From contig CAZWRY010000003.1 in assembly GCA_964636505.1 (NCBI GenBank), positions 4,871 to 68,870 of the forward strand: DNA of 64,000 nucleotides, read 5' to 3'. The position numbers were made by a program, and so were the translations under genes. The notes below the pieces were generated by a model that worked only from the letters and a program-made list of their open reading frames with translations, searched no databases and was not told the DNA's origin. Positions 19,403 through 29,282 of the stretch are shown in pieces. This DNA is from an uncultured Bdellovibrionales bacterium. Lineage in GTDB: Bacteria; Patescibacteriota; Minisyncoccia; Moranbacterales; UBA2206. Position 1 is the first letter of the stretch; each line of letters starts with the position of its first letter.

Positions 19403-21322
19403 TTATTCGGGTGCCTGAATTTTACCGGTTGGTATTGTACTATCCTCTGTCAGATAGGTGGTTTTTTCCCTGATGGTTGTTTTTAATTCTTGTTCGGTAA
19501 ATAAGTCCTTGGCTGAAAATGTGGCCGGACCCACCAGTTGCGCATCATTACTCGCTTGTCCCGGTAAAGGAGTCAATTTCACTTGAAAAATAAATTCCTC
19601 CGCTTGACTGGTTATTCCAGCGCCAGCATTGATATTGCCGATATTCCAGACCAAAGTATTACTTCTTTCGTTGTAAATATAATTTGCATTTTCCGGACTC
19701 ACATTGCCCGTAAGTGTAACATTTGTTGGCAAAACAGCAATAACCTTAGCTTCCTCAACATCGTTGAAGATATTCATAGCTCTCCAGTATATAGTATAGG
19801 TTGTATCTTGTCCAACGACAGGCGGAATTGGTCCGGAATTTGGAATAGCTTTATTGGTGTAAAATCCAAAAGATTCTAAAACTAATTTTGAGTTGAGCTT
19901 CATAGTTATCTCATTGCCGGATATGATCTGGTTTTCCCGAAGCGGAGAATTAATGTCGGCACTGTCTATTCTGGCCGAGCTGGAAAATATGAAATTTTTA
20001 TCTAGAACATTCTCAGTAGGAATTATGTCTTTAACTTTTATGGTAAACTTTATTGAACCTCTTTCGCCAGGATTCAATCTGGCTAATTTTTCATTATCAG
20101 CCGCTTTCCAGGTAATAATCTTCCTGTTAGCGTCAAAATATCCGCCTTTGCCCAAGCTTAAAGTTGAATAATCCAAAATAGGACTGTCAATACTTTCCGA
20201 AACAATCAAATCCTTGAGGGTCTGGTCACTGCTATTTCCAAATTGTATTTCATAATTCAAGATATCTCCGGCATTTACAAAGAGCTTATCCGAATCATTT
20301 ATACGCTGAACGATTGCCAAATCCGGGTAAGCGACGCGAGTTTCGGCTTTTTGTTCAATATAGCTTAGAAATTTTTCATCCCTGACAATCCCGGCATGAA
20401 CTGTAAATCTTTTTATTTCATCTTTTCTTCCTTCCATCTTCCCTTTGACTTTTATTATGCCTCCTTCGCCGGCCGGAATGGTACCGATGAACCAAATATT
20501 ATTTTGGTCTGAAACCATCGGAATGGAACTGGCGAAAATGAAACCGTCAGCATAATCTGCTTTTATTTGCAAAGCTTCCAGTTCTTCATTTCCAGAATTT
20601 CTGTAGTTTATAACATATTCAACCGCGTCTCCATTGGCAATTACTTGTTGAGCTAGCACATTTAAAGTGATGGGTGCGGTAGCAATGCTAACTCCGTATT
20701 GAGATTTAGTAACTAATATGCTACTTAAAACAGACGGAGTATAAGACAACTCCATTTTTAAATAAGTCAAATTTTCACTTGCAGAATACGTTCTAGCATT
20801 AAAGATAATCTTTTTTTCTTCTCCTCCTTTAATTTCTCCCAGATTATACGTTCCAGTTATCGGAGTTTCTTCAACAAAATTGGGATTTTCTTCAGGACGA
20901 AAATTCTCCGGATAACTAAGACGCAAAACGGCATTACGCAAATCAGCCCTGTTGTCATTTTTGTAGGTTATTTCATAGGCTACCAGTTTGCCACTTCTGA
21001 CTTCCTCCAAGCCCTGGGCTACCAAGGAAACTCTTTCAAAGTTAAACGATGCTTGCCTAATTTTATAAAAAACCACTCCAATAATAACTAAAAGAAGAAT
21101 GACACCTCCGATAAGCGCAGCTATTTTTATTTTTATTTTTCTCTTTTCATACATTTCATTCGGGTCAATTAGGCTGCTTTCATTTGCGACAGAAAACTTT
21201 TGGACAGCCTCTTCACTTCCCGCCAGGGATGATCTGGCATCAAATTCACTTTCAGCATGATGGTAAAGGTCTTTTTCTTCCTCTTTTTTGTAAAGTTTAT
21301 TTTTTATATCAGCTAGAGACAT
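19403..21322 (-). CDS. Large single-pass membrane-anchored surface protein, function unknown
   Basis: About 60 aa cytoplasmic tail, a TM (IAALIGGVILLLVIIGVVF), then an extracellular region of about 560 aa rich in beta-strand-like sequence. 7 nt from the tgt start. Confidence 0.5.
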   Translation of the reverse strand: MSLADIKNKLYKKEEEKDLYHHAESEFDARSSLAGSEEAVQKFSVANESSLIDPNEMYEKRKIKIKIAALIGGVILLLVIIGVVFYKIRQASFNFERVSLVAQGLEEVRSGKLVAYEITYKNDNRADLRNAVLRLSYPENFRPEENPNFVEETPITGTYNLGEIKGGEEKKIIFNARTYSASENLTYLKMELSYTPSVLSSILVTKSQYGVSIATAPITLNVLAQQVIANGDAVEYVINYRNSGNEELEALQIKADYADGFIFASSIPMVSDQNNIWFIGTIPAGEGGIIKVKGKMEGRKDEIKRFTVHAGIVRDEKFLSYIEQKAETRVAYPDLAIVQRINDSDKLFVNAGDILNYEIQFGNSSDQTLKDLIVSESIDSPILDYSTLSLGKGGYFDANRKIITWKAADNEKLARLNPGERGSIKFTIKVKDIIPTENVLDKNFIFSSSARIDSADINSPLRENQIISGNEITMKLNSKLVLESFGFYTNKAIPNSGPIPPVVGQDTTYTIYWRAMNIFNDVEEAKVIAVLPTNVTLTGNVSPENANYIYNERSNTLVWNIGNINAGAGITSQAEEFIFQVKLTPLPGQASNDAQLVGPATFSAKDLFTEQELKTTIREKTTYLTEDSTIPTGKIQAPE

Positions 21323-21392
21323 TTTTTTTATTTTTATGTTTTATCCACTCGCCAAAAGTAATTCATTATTCATAAATTACGGCATCTATATT

Positions 21393-22148
21393 TTACCACA
21401 AAAATCCCTTGCCCGCCATACCACTCTCGCCAAAAACCCACCTCAAAAAATCGGAAAATGTTATCTTTATTTGATTAATGTCTTTATCTGTAGCATTAAT
21501 TTTCACTAGATTACTTATTTTATTTTTCAAAAAGACTCTAATAAATTTTATTGATTCATCATTTATTTTAAGTTTCTGGTTTTCTTTGCCGGCGCAAATA
21601 GAGCAAAGAACTCCTCCGTGCCGGGCGCTGAAATAATTTTTCTGAGAAACAAGTTTTTTTCCGCAACCAACACATCTGTCCGCTTCAACCCGATAACCCA
21701 TTTCGCCCAAAAACTTAAATAGAAATCCCAGAGTTAAAATTCTTTTTTTGTTTTCCATATTTTCTTTAGTTGACAAATGCTCCATTGTTTCTAAATAATC
21801 CTTGAGTAGTTTGGCAATATTTTCATCCGCACTCTGTTCGGAAATTATTTTATCCATAATTTTGAAAACATAAAAAACTTGCTTCATGGAATCCATATCT
21901 GATTTTATTTTGGGAAAATTATTTGTTGCAATTGAGCCAGTTATTTTTCCGAGACCCCTGGTTTTGGCCAGAAAAATTTCCGCTTGGGTTATTGGCTCAA
22001 GAAAACCTGCTAGTTTGGCCTTAGCCTTTCTGACGCTTTTGGCTAAAGCTCTGATTTTCCCCATTTCCAAAGTATAGATCGTATATATCCGATCCGTTTC
22101 ACCCACATCCCGCTTATTTAAAATTACACCTGTAAATTTATACTCCAT
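21393..22148 (-). CDS. recO: DNA repair protein RecO
   Basis: RecO N-terminal OB-fold sequence and C-terminal zinc ribbon CVGCG...CSIC. Confidence 0.8.
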   Translation of the reverse strand: MEYKFTGVILNKRDVGETDRIYTIYTLEMGKIRALAKSVRKAKAKLAGFLEPITQAEIFLAKTRGLGKITGSIATNNFPKIKSDMDSMKQVFYVFKIMDKIISEQSADENIAKLLKDYLETMEHLSTKENMENKKRILTLGFLFKFLGEMGYRVEADRCVGCGKKLVSQKNYFSARHGGVLCSICAGKENQKLKINDESIKFIRVFLKNKISNLVKINATDKDINQIKITFSDFLRWVFGESGMAGKGFLW

Positions 22149-22149
22149 G

Positions 22150-25089
22150 CTATCTTTTTATTTGCAAGATAATTTTCTCGCCGTTAATATTAAATTCTTT
22201 TTCCAAATCAATATTTTCAACTTTTTTATTTTCCAGCTTGTTGGCCAGAGTTTCTTTTTGAATTATCTCGCCAAATTTATCCATGACTTTTTCCATGCCT
22301 TGGAAAAAAACTTCTATTCTGTTTTCCACTTCATATCCGGCCTCTCTTCGCATTTCCTGAATAAAGCGGACAATTTCCCTCGCCTGGCCTTCTAGTTTCA
22401 AATTTTCGGTAATTTCAGTGTTAAGCTCGATATTTTCGGTAATACTTTTATCAAAAGAAGCATCCTTAACATTAACTTCTTCCTGAATTATATCTAAAAA
22501 TTCTTTTCTCAAATCATAGGCCTTGAATCTCAAATCATTAAGCGGTTGGCGTACTTTTATTCCAGCCTTAGCCCTAAGCTGCAAAGCTTCTGTAATAATC
22601 ATCCTGACTTTTTCCATTTCTTCATTTAATTTCTCATCTACCAATTTTTCATCAGCCACTGGAAAATCGGACAAATGCACAGATTCTTTGCCGATCAGAT
22701 TTTTGTAAATTTCCTCCGCAATAAATGGACAAAATGGTGCCATCAACTTGGAAAGTTCCACCAAAACATAGTGCAAAGTCTCATAGGCTGCTTTTTTATC
22801 AGAGTCATCCTCTGATTTCCAAAATCTTTTTCTGGATCTTCTAATGTACCAATTGGAAAGATTATCGATGAATTTCGGAAATAGCCGAACTGTCCTATTA
22901 AGCTCATACTTTTCCATGCTTTCGTTAACATTTTTAATTAGCACTTGTAATTCAGAAACTATCCATTTATCCAGCAAGTTTGTGGTTTTTAGTCCTTGTT
23001 TTACAGAAGGCTCAAATTTATCAATATTCGCATAGAGCACAAAAAATGAATATGAATTCCAAAGCATACGCATCATACCGCGTACGACATCCGCCACTTC
23101 TGATTCTTTGAAATTAATGGTTTCAGCAGCCACCACTGGCGAGCTCAAGAGATAAAAACGCAAGGCATCCGCTCCATATTTATCCATAACCAAAGCCGGA
23201 TCCGGATAATTATTCAGTCGCTTAGCCATTTTCTTTCCATCCTCTGCCAGAACTATTCCGTTAACAATCACGTTTTTAAAAGCATTAGACTTTTTGATAG
23301 TTGTCCCAATTGCGTGTAAATAATAAAACCAGCAACGCGTTTGATCCACACCCTCGGCAATAAACTCAGCTGGGAAACTTCCATTAAAAATTTCTTCATT
23401 TTCAAAAGGAAAATGCACTTCCGCATATGGCATCGAGCCACTATCAAACCAGGTATCCAGCACATCCGGGATTCTTTTCATTTCTCCGCCACATTTCTCA
23501 CACTTGAAAGTAATTTTGTCCACAACGTGCTTATGGATATCAGTAATTTTTTCTCCAGATATGTCTTCCAATTCTTTAACCGATCCAAAAACTTTCATTT
23601 CTCCGCATTCGCACTTCCAAATTGGCATAACTGAAGCCCAATAGCGCTGGCGAGAAATTGACCAATCGCGTGCACCTTCAAGCCAATTTCCAAAACGTCC
23701 TTCTTTTAAATGTCCTGGCACCCAATTTATTTTTTTGGCCTGCTCCAACATTTCCTCTTTTATTTTTGTAATATTCACAAACCAAGATGAAGTTGCGTAA
23801 TTGATGAGCGGCGTATCACATCTCCAACAATGCGGATAGCTGTGTTCATATTTTTCTTTAGCAAAAAGCAGATTATTTTTGGCCAAATATTTTATCACTT
23901 CCACATCGGTCTTTTGATGATCTTCTTCGGGTTTTACACTCATTCCAGCAAAATCCTTAGCTTCTCCCTTAATGCTTCCATCCATACTAACATGTTGAAC
24001 GAATGGCAATTTGTATTGCTGCCCCATTTTGGCATCATCTTCCCCAAAGGCCGGCGCAATGTGCACCACTCCGGTTCCCTCTTCGGTTGTCACAAAATCT
24101 CCAGCATAAATCTGCCAACCATTTTCTTCATTCTCTAATCCTTTGCTGACATAATAATCAAAAAGAGGTTTATATTTTTTGCCAATTAACTTTTTACCTT
24201 GAAATCTTTCGATAATCCCTGGAGGTGTTGGCGGAGTTTCATTTTCCTTGAGTTCTTTGAATAGTGGAAATAATTCATCTTTTCTAATTTCATATATCCT
24301 TTCAGATAATATAAAAAACTTAGGATTGCCATTTTTATCGTTATATTTTATTTTTACATACCAAGTATTTTCCCCAACTGCTAGCGCCACATTTCCAATG
24401 AGTGTCCAGGGTGTTGTCGTCCAGGCCAAAATAAAAGCTTCGGGTTCATCTTCTAATTCAAATTTAACTGTCGCGGATAAATCTTTGATATCTTTGTACC
24501 CTTCAGCGACTTCTGACTGAGAAAGAGTTGTTTCACAACGTGTGCAAATATGCATAATCCGATGCCCTTCATATATCAGACCTTTATCGTAAAGCTCTTT
24601 GAAAACCCACCAGACAGATTCCATAAATGGCAAATCCATAGTTCTGTAGCTATTTTTCATGTCTGCCCAGCGACCCAAACGATTGATAACCGTTTCCCAT
24701 TCATCAACATATTTCAAAACTTTGGTGCGACAAAATTCATTAAACTTTTCCACGCCCATTTTCTCAATTTCGTTTTTATGTTTAATGCCCAGCTCTTTTT
24801 CGGCAATGTTTTCAATTGGCAACCCATGACAGTCCCAGCCCCATTTTCTGGGAACATTGAAACCGCGCATAGTCCAATAGCGAGGCACTGCATCCTTCAT
24901 GACGCTGCCGACAATATGACCATAGTGTGGAGTGCCGGTTGCAAAAGGCGGTCCATCATAAAAACTGTATTGCTTGGCATCTTTGCGAACTTCCAACGAT
25001 TTTTCGAAAATATTATTTTCATTCCAAAATTTCAAAATCTCTTCTTCCATTTTTGGAAAACTTTGCTTGGCATCAACTTTTTTGAACAT
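22150..25089 (-). CDS. ileS: Isoleucyl-tRNA synthetase. The ORF-track start at 25131 is probably over-extended; the likelier start is the Met at 25089.
   Basis: HIGH motif PHYGHIVG and a KMSKS-like KMAKR. The first 14 codons (MDNVFYFLIIFYKF) translate the U-tract of the upstream T-box terminator; MFKKVDAKQSFPKMEEEILKFW matches a typical IleRS N-terminus. Confidence 0.9.
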   Translation of the reverse strand: MFKKVDAKQSFPKMEEEILKFWNENNIFEKSLEVRKDAKQYSFYDGPPFATGTPHYGHIVGSVMKDAVPRYWTMRGFNVPRKWGWDCHGLPIENIAEKELGIKHKNEIEKMGVEKFNEFCRTKVLKYVDEWETVINRLGRWADMKNSYRTMDLPFMESVWWVFKELYDKGLIYEGHRIMHICTRCETTLSQSEVAEGYKDIKDLSATVKFELEDEPEAFILAWTTTPWTLIGNVALAVGENTWYVKIKYNDKNGNPKFFILSERIYEIRKDELFPLFKELKENETPPTPPGIIERFQGKKLIGKKYKPLFDYYVSKGLENEENGWQIYAGDFVTTEEGTGVVHIAPAFGEDDAKMGQQYKLPFVQHVSMDGSIKGEAKDFAGMSVKPEEDHQKTDVEVIKYLAKNNLLFAKEKYEHSYPHCWRCDTPLINYATSSWFVNITKIKEEMLEQAKKINWVPGHLKEGRFGNWLEGARDWSISRQRYWASVMPIWKCECGEMKVFGSVKELEDISGEKITDIHKHVVDKITFKCEKCGGEMKRIPDVLDTWFDSGSMPYAEVHFPFENEEIFNGSFPAEFIAEGVDQTRCWFYYLHAIGTTIKKSNAFKNVIVNGIVLAEDGKKMAKRLNNYPDPALVMDKYGADALRFYLLSSPVVAAETINFKESEVADVVRGMMRMLWNSYSFFVLYANIDKFEPSVKQGLKTTNLLDKWIVSELQVLIKNVNESMEKYELNRTVRLFPKFIDNLSNWYIRRSRKRFWKSEDDSDKKAAYETLHYVLVELSKLMAPFCPFIAEEIYKNLIGKESVHLSDFPVADEKLVDEKLNEEMEKVRMIITEALQLRAKAGIKVRQPLNDLRFKAYDLRKEFLDIIQEEVNVKDASFDKSITENIELNTEITENLKLEGQAREIVRFIQEMRREAGYEVENRIEVFFQGMEKVMDKFGEIIQKETLANKLENKKVENIDLEKEFNINGEKIILQIKR

Positions 25090-25400
25090 AAATTTATAAA
25101 AAATTATTAAAAAATAAAAAACGTTATCCATAAGGACGACGTTTGTCGTGGTACCACCTTAATTTCCCAGCTCTTTGCCTGCAAAGGGTTGGGCTCAATT
25201 TGGCTATTACGGGCTTGCCCGGCAAGTTTTACTCGTCAAAAGACTTTCTTCTTGCGGCTCCGAGGTGATAGCCTCATCATCGCCTTTAACTACATTTGAG
25301 TTCTTCTGAAGATAATTTTAGAGGCTTATTGCAAACAGCATAATTAAAGTTTTTTTCTTATCAATTCGGCTCTAAAATTATCTTCAGAAAATTATCTTTG
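25090..25400 (-). promoter_or_regulatory. T-box riboswitch leader upstream of ileS
   Basis: Minus-strand AAUUAAGGUGGUACCACG matches the T-box consensus AAUUAGGGUGGUACCGCG. A hairpin plus UUUUUUUAUUUUUU terminator follows. Upstream hairpin GAGG-CUAUCA-CCUC exposes AUC (Ile) followed by A. Confidence 0.6.
25304..25388 (-). repeat. Conserved leader hairpin element, copy B (perfect 20 bp inverted arms), at the 5' end of the ileS leader
   Basis: ttctgaagataattttagag ... ctctaaaattatcttcagaa flank a 45 nt loop; shares its core with copy A. Confidence 0.45.
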
Positions 25401-25405
25401 TTTCC

Positions 25406-25434
25406 AATATAGCCCAACCTGACCAAAAAATCAA
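25406..25434 (-). promoter_or_regulatory. Sigma70-like promoter for the ileS leader
   Basis: Minus-strand TTGATT, 17 nt spacer, TATATT, about 7 nt upstream of the hairpin element. Confidence 0.45.
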
Positions 25435-26177
25435 ATTTTTTTCCAATCAAAATTCCAGGGATCATCTTTGCGACCGGGAGCAATTTGATTATGTCCCAGA
25501 ACATATTTAATCTTATATCTTTTTTTAATGTCGGCTATTAAATTTTTAAGAGCTGCATATTGGACATTGGTCGGTTTATCCGATTTAGTATTCATAATCT
25601 CAATGCCGATAGAAAAATTATTTACACCGGTTCGTCCGTCTGGAGTTTTGCTTTCCCCGGCATGATAAGCGATATTTTTTTCCGTCACCAATCGGTAAAC
25701 ATTGCCCTTTCTATCGATGACATAATGCGGAGAAACTCCATATTCTTTATACTCAGAAAGTAGTTTCTTAAAATCATATTCATCTCCTCCCAAGGCATTA
25801 TATGAAGAATGAATAATAATTGTGTCTATTTTCCTGCCGGAAGAACTTTCAAATCCCCAGCTTACCAAATTTTTTATTATCTTAAAATCTGAAGTAGCGT
25901 CTTCACTCGATTGAACAGTTGTTTTTGGAAGCGTCAAATTATTTTTTTCGCTCTCTTGCAAATCTGCTGTCTGGCTCTTTTGGTTTTCAGTTGAAATATT
26001 TTCAGTCAGATCGGTTTCTTCTTTAAATTCAATTTCTTGGGTAGGATTTGGCTTTGCATTTTCCTCCAGCTGAAGAACGACTTTGGTTTTTTTACTGCTA
26101 AAAATGAAAAATAAAAAAATGGCAACAATTATTGCCAAAAAGAATATCCCGATTATTATTAATTTCCAATTTTTCAT
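25431..26177 (-). CDS. N-acetylmuramoyl-L-alanine amidase (Amidase_2/PGRP fold), membrane-anchored
   Basis: N-terminal TM and linker, then IIIHSSY...YHAG...GIEIMN, typical of the Ami_2 family. Confidence 0.75.
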   Translation of the reverse strand: MKNWKLIIIGIFFLAIIVAIFLFFIFSSKKTKVVLQLEENAKPNPTQEIEFKEETDLTENISTENQKSQTADLQESEKNNLTLPKTTVQSSEDATSDFKIIKNLVSWGFESSSGRKIDTIIIHSSYNALGGDEYDFKKLLSEYKEYGVSPHYVIDRKGNVYRLVTEKNIAYHAGESKTPDGRTGVNNFSIGIEIMNTKSDKPTNVQYAALKNLIADIKKRYKIKYVLGHNQIAPGRKDDPWNFDWKKI

Positions 26178-27341
26178 TTATACTAAGCTTTCATAAATTT
26201 TTAAGGTTTCCTTGGCACATTTTTCCCAATCAAATTTTTCCAGTTGCTTTTTACCCTTTATGCAAAGTTCATTGCGTAAGTTTTCGTTTTCGGCTAATTT
26301 AATCATATTATCGGCAATTTCTTGAGTATCTATCGGGTTTACAAGAATAGCTGCATCTCCGGCAATTTCCGGAATAGAAGAAACATTGGACGAAAGAACG
26401 GGTGTGCCCATCGCAAAAGATTCTAAAATAGTTGAGCCGAAGCCCTCATACAGAGATGGCAAAACAAAGAATTCGGCATTTCTAAAAAGCGGTGCCAATT
26501 CGTCTCCGATTATATAGCCGGTGAAAATAACATTCTTGCTAATGCCTAAATCTTTGGATACCTGCTTGTATTCCTTGGCCAGCCAACCTCTTTTCCCGGC
26601 TACAATCAGTTTGTAATCGCAATTTATTTTTTCTTTTTTTAGATTATTTTTAAATATCTTGAAGGCTTCCAGCAATCTGACAATATTTTTTACCGGCTCC
26701 AATGTGCCCAAAAAAAGAATATATTTGTCTTTAATTTCATATTTACTAAAAATTTTTTCTCTATCCAAGCTTCTGGATTCCTCAAAAAATCTTTTGTCAA
26801 AGCCGCTGTATACAACCGCTACTTTATCTTCCGGATATTTATACTTTTCTAGGATATCTTTTTTTATGGAATTAGAAACAGCGATAATCTTGCCTGCCTT
26901 ATTCGTCATTAAATTCAATAAGGTCAGTGAATGAACTTTGGAAACCTTGGGCAAAACATCGGGAACCTTGAGAGCCGTAAGATCATTGACAGTTACCACC
27001 AGTTTTCCGGCATATCCCACAGGGATTCTGCTAAGATGAGATGTACTATGCAAAACATCTAGTTTTTCTTTCTTTAAGGTGGCAACTCCTAAAATTTCAT
27101 TGTATACTCCGGGAAAATATTTTTTATAATCAGAAAAAGGATAGAATCTCACTTTAGCATTAGAACTGGAAAATTTTCTAATGTCCTTTTCTCTGACTCT
27201 AAAATCAAAAAATAAAACATATTCGTTTTTTTTATCTATTTCCAAAAGATGGCGAATTAGCTGATAGGTGTAGTGTCCTACCCCAATTGCATCACCTTTT
27301 TCCGGATTAAGAATTGTTCTAGCATCAATGCCTATTCGCAT
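26178..27341 (-). CDS. Glycosyltransferase family 4 (GT-B)
   Basis: C-terminal EGFGSTILESFAMGTPVLSS motif. Confidence 0.8.
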   Translation of the reverse strand: MRIGIDARTILNPEKGDAIGVGHYTYQLIRHLLEIDKKNEYVLFFDFRVREKDIRKFSSSNAKVRFYPFSDYKKYFPGVYNEILGVATLKKEKLDVLHSTSHLSRIPVGYAGKLVVTVNDLTALKVPDVLPKVSKVHSLTLLNLMTNKAGKIIAVSNSIKKDILEKYKYPEDKVAVVYSGFDKRFFEESRSLDREKIFSKYEIKDKYILFLGTLEPVKNIVRLLEAFKIFKNNLKKEKINCDYKLIVAGKRGWLAKEYKQVSKDLGISKNVIFTGYIIGDELAPLFRNAEFFVLPSLYEGFGSTILESFAMGTPVLSSNVSSIPEIAGDAAILVNPIDTQEIADNMIKLAENENLRNELCIKGKKQLEKFDWEKCAKETLKIYESLV

Positions 27342-27516
27342 ACCCAGTAGTAGAATTTTGACATTATAAAATAATTTATAACAACAAGATTCTTAAATAA
27401 AACTTTCTTGATTTTTTTATATTAATTATTTTTTAGAACCTAGCCCAGTCAAAATTTCACTACTGGGCATAAAATTATAAAGGACCATCCGGGGCCTCAA
27501 AGCTTTCACAATGGTC

Positions 27517-29196
27517 CTACATTTTTTCCGGCGCCCCGACGCCGATTAAGTTTAATGTCTCTTCTAATACTATTTTAGCAGCTTTTACAACTTCCAGTCT
27601 AGCCCGACTTATCTCCAAGTTATCCTCATCTAAAACCTTGCAATCATTGTAGAAAGAATGGAATTTGTCAGCTAGTTTTATCGCATAATGAGGCAATTTA
27701 TGGACAGCATAGATCTCAGAAACCTCTATTACAAGTTCTGGAAATTTATTAAGTTCTTTGATTAAATCCAGCTCCTTTTCATGAACTAATAATTCAAAAT
27801 TTGCTTTATCTGTATCTTGTATTTCGGTTTTTGCCTGCCTGCCCGGTAAAAAGGTTTCTTCCGCCTTGCGGATAATACTGCACATTCTCGCATGGGCATA
27901 TTGAACATAGAAAACTGGATTCTTTTCTGATCGCTCTTTAGCTAACTCTAAATCAAAATTCATATGAGTGTCCGGTGAATACATCAAAAAGAAAAATCTG
28001 GCCACATCATGCCCCACTTCATCAATTAGCTCATCGATATGCACCACATTGCCAGCGCGTTTGCTCATGCGAGCTTCCTTGCCATCTTTTACAAGACGCA
28101 CCAATTGGACAATAATAAATTTTATATTTTCCTTAGCGAATCCCAATGCTTCAGCTGCCGATTTGAAACGATTAATATAACCGTGATGATCGGCTCCCCA
28201 AATTTCAATAATTTTATCAAAGCTTCTTTCAATTTTATTTAAAATATACCCACAATCAGAGGCAAAATATGTTTTTTGCCCATCTTTTTTTATTAAAACT
28301 CTATCCTTATCATCACCAAAATCAGTTGTCCTGAGCCACAAAGCGCCTTCCGCTTCAAGGGTTAATTTTTTTTCTCTAAATATTTCTATCGCTCTTTCAA
28401 CAAACTTTTCGTCTTGTATTTTTTTCTCGCTCATCCATTCATTGAAATCAATCTGCATCTTTTCTTGAGCTGTTTTTTTTATGATATTTTCCAAAATATC
28501 AATGGCAGCTTTTTGGCCAACCTCATGTACATCCGAAGCATTTCCATATTTTCGATTAAGTTCATTGATATATTCTCCGCCATATACAGCTTTGCCATCC
28601 CCCAGAACACTATGCCCCAACTTCATTACTTGTTCACCTGCATCGTTGACATAATATTCATTCGTCACATCAAACCCAGCTTTGCGCAAAACACGAGAAA
28701 GCGAATCCCCACAAAATCCTCCTCTGCCATTACCCAAGTGCAATGGTCCAGTTGGATTGGCAGAAATAAATTCATTGTTAATCTTTATGCCATTTCCGAT
28801 TTTAGAATTTCCAAAATTTTCTTTTTGCTCATTTATTTCGACAATTCTATTCTGTAAATATTTTTTAGACAAATAGAAATTAATATACCCGGGTGCCACA
28901 ACCTCAATCTTATCAAAGATTTTTTCAATAGTTTCTTCTCCCTTTGAAAGAGAAGATGTCCACAGGACAGATGAGGGTAAAGATTTAAGTGTCTCTAATA
29001 TTTTATTGGCAATCTCTATCGGATTTTGACCTATCTTTTTTGCCAAAATCATCGCCACATTCGTTGTATAATCGCCAAATTTACTTTCTTTAGGATAACT
29101 TATTTCAATTTCCGGCATCTCAAAAACAGGTAGAAATTGACTGTCCTGCAAAGACTTTAAGGCTTTTTTGATATTTTCGGTAATTTGTTTCTTCAT
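27517..29196 (-). CDS. argS: Arginyl-tRNA synthetase
   Basis: HIGH-like ANPTGPLHLGNGRGG, DALR anticodon-binding domain, C-terminal Met. Confidence 0.9.
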   Translation of the reverse strand: MKKQITENIKKALKSLQDSQFLPVFEMPEIEISYPKESKFGDYTTNVAMILAKKIGQNPIEIANKILETLKSLPSSVLWTSSLSKGEETIEKIFDKIEVVAPGYINFYLSKKYLQNRIVEINEQKENFGNSKIGNGIKINNEFISANPTGPLHLGNGRGGFCGDSLSRVLRKAGFDVTNEYYVNDAGEQVMKLGHSVLGDGKAVYGGEYINELNRKYGNASDVHEVGQKAAIDILENIIKKTAQEKMQIDFNEWMSEKKIQDEKFVERAIEIFREKKLTLEAEGALWLRTTDFGDDKDRVLIKKDGQKTYFASDCGYILNKIERSFDKIIEIWGADHHGYINRFKSAAEALGFAKENIKFIIVQLVRLVKDGKEARMSKRAGNVVHIDELIDEVGHDVARFFFLMYSPDTHMNFDLELAKERSEKNPVFYVQYAHARMCSIIRKAEETFLPGRQAKTEIQDTDKANFELLVHEKELDLIKELNKFPELVIEVSEIYAVHKLPHYAIKLADKFHSFYNDCKVLDEDNLEISRARLEVVKAAKIVLEETLNLIGVGAPEKM

Positions 29197-29282
29197 ACTT
29201 CTTTATTTTATCTCATTGAAGGCAAAAAATAAAGCCCTTAGCTACTATATACGAAATACCAAATACGCTATACTATAAATAC

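Noticed and set aside
25090-25131. First 14 codons of the ileS ORF
   Set aside because: They translate the U-tract of the T-box terminator; the IleRS-like N-terminus begins at the downstream Met.
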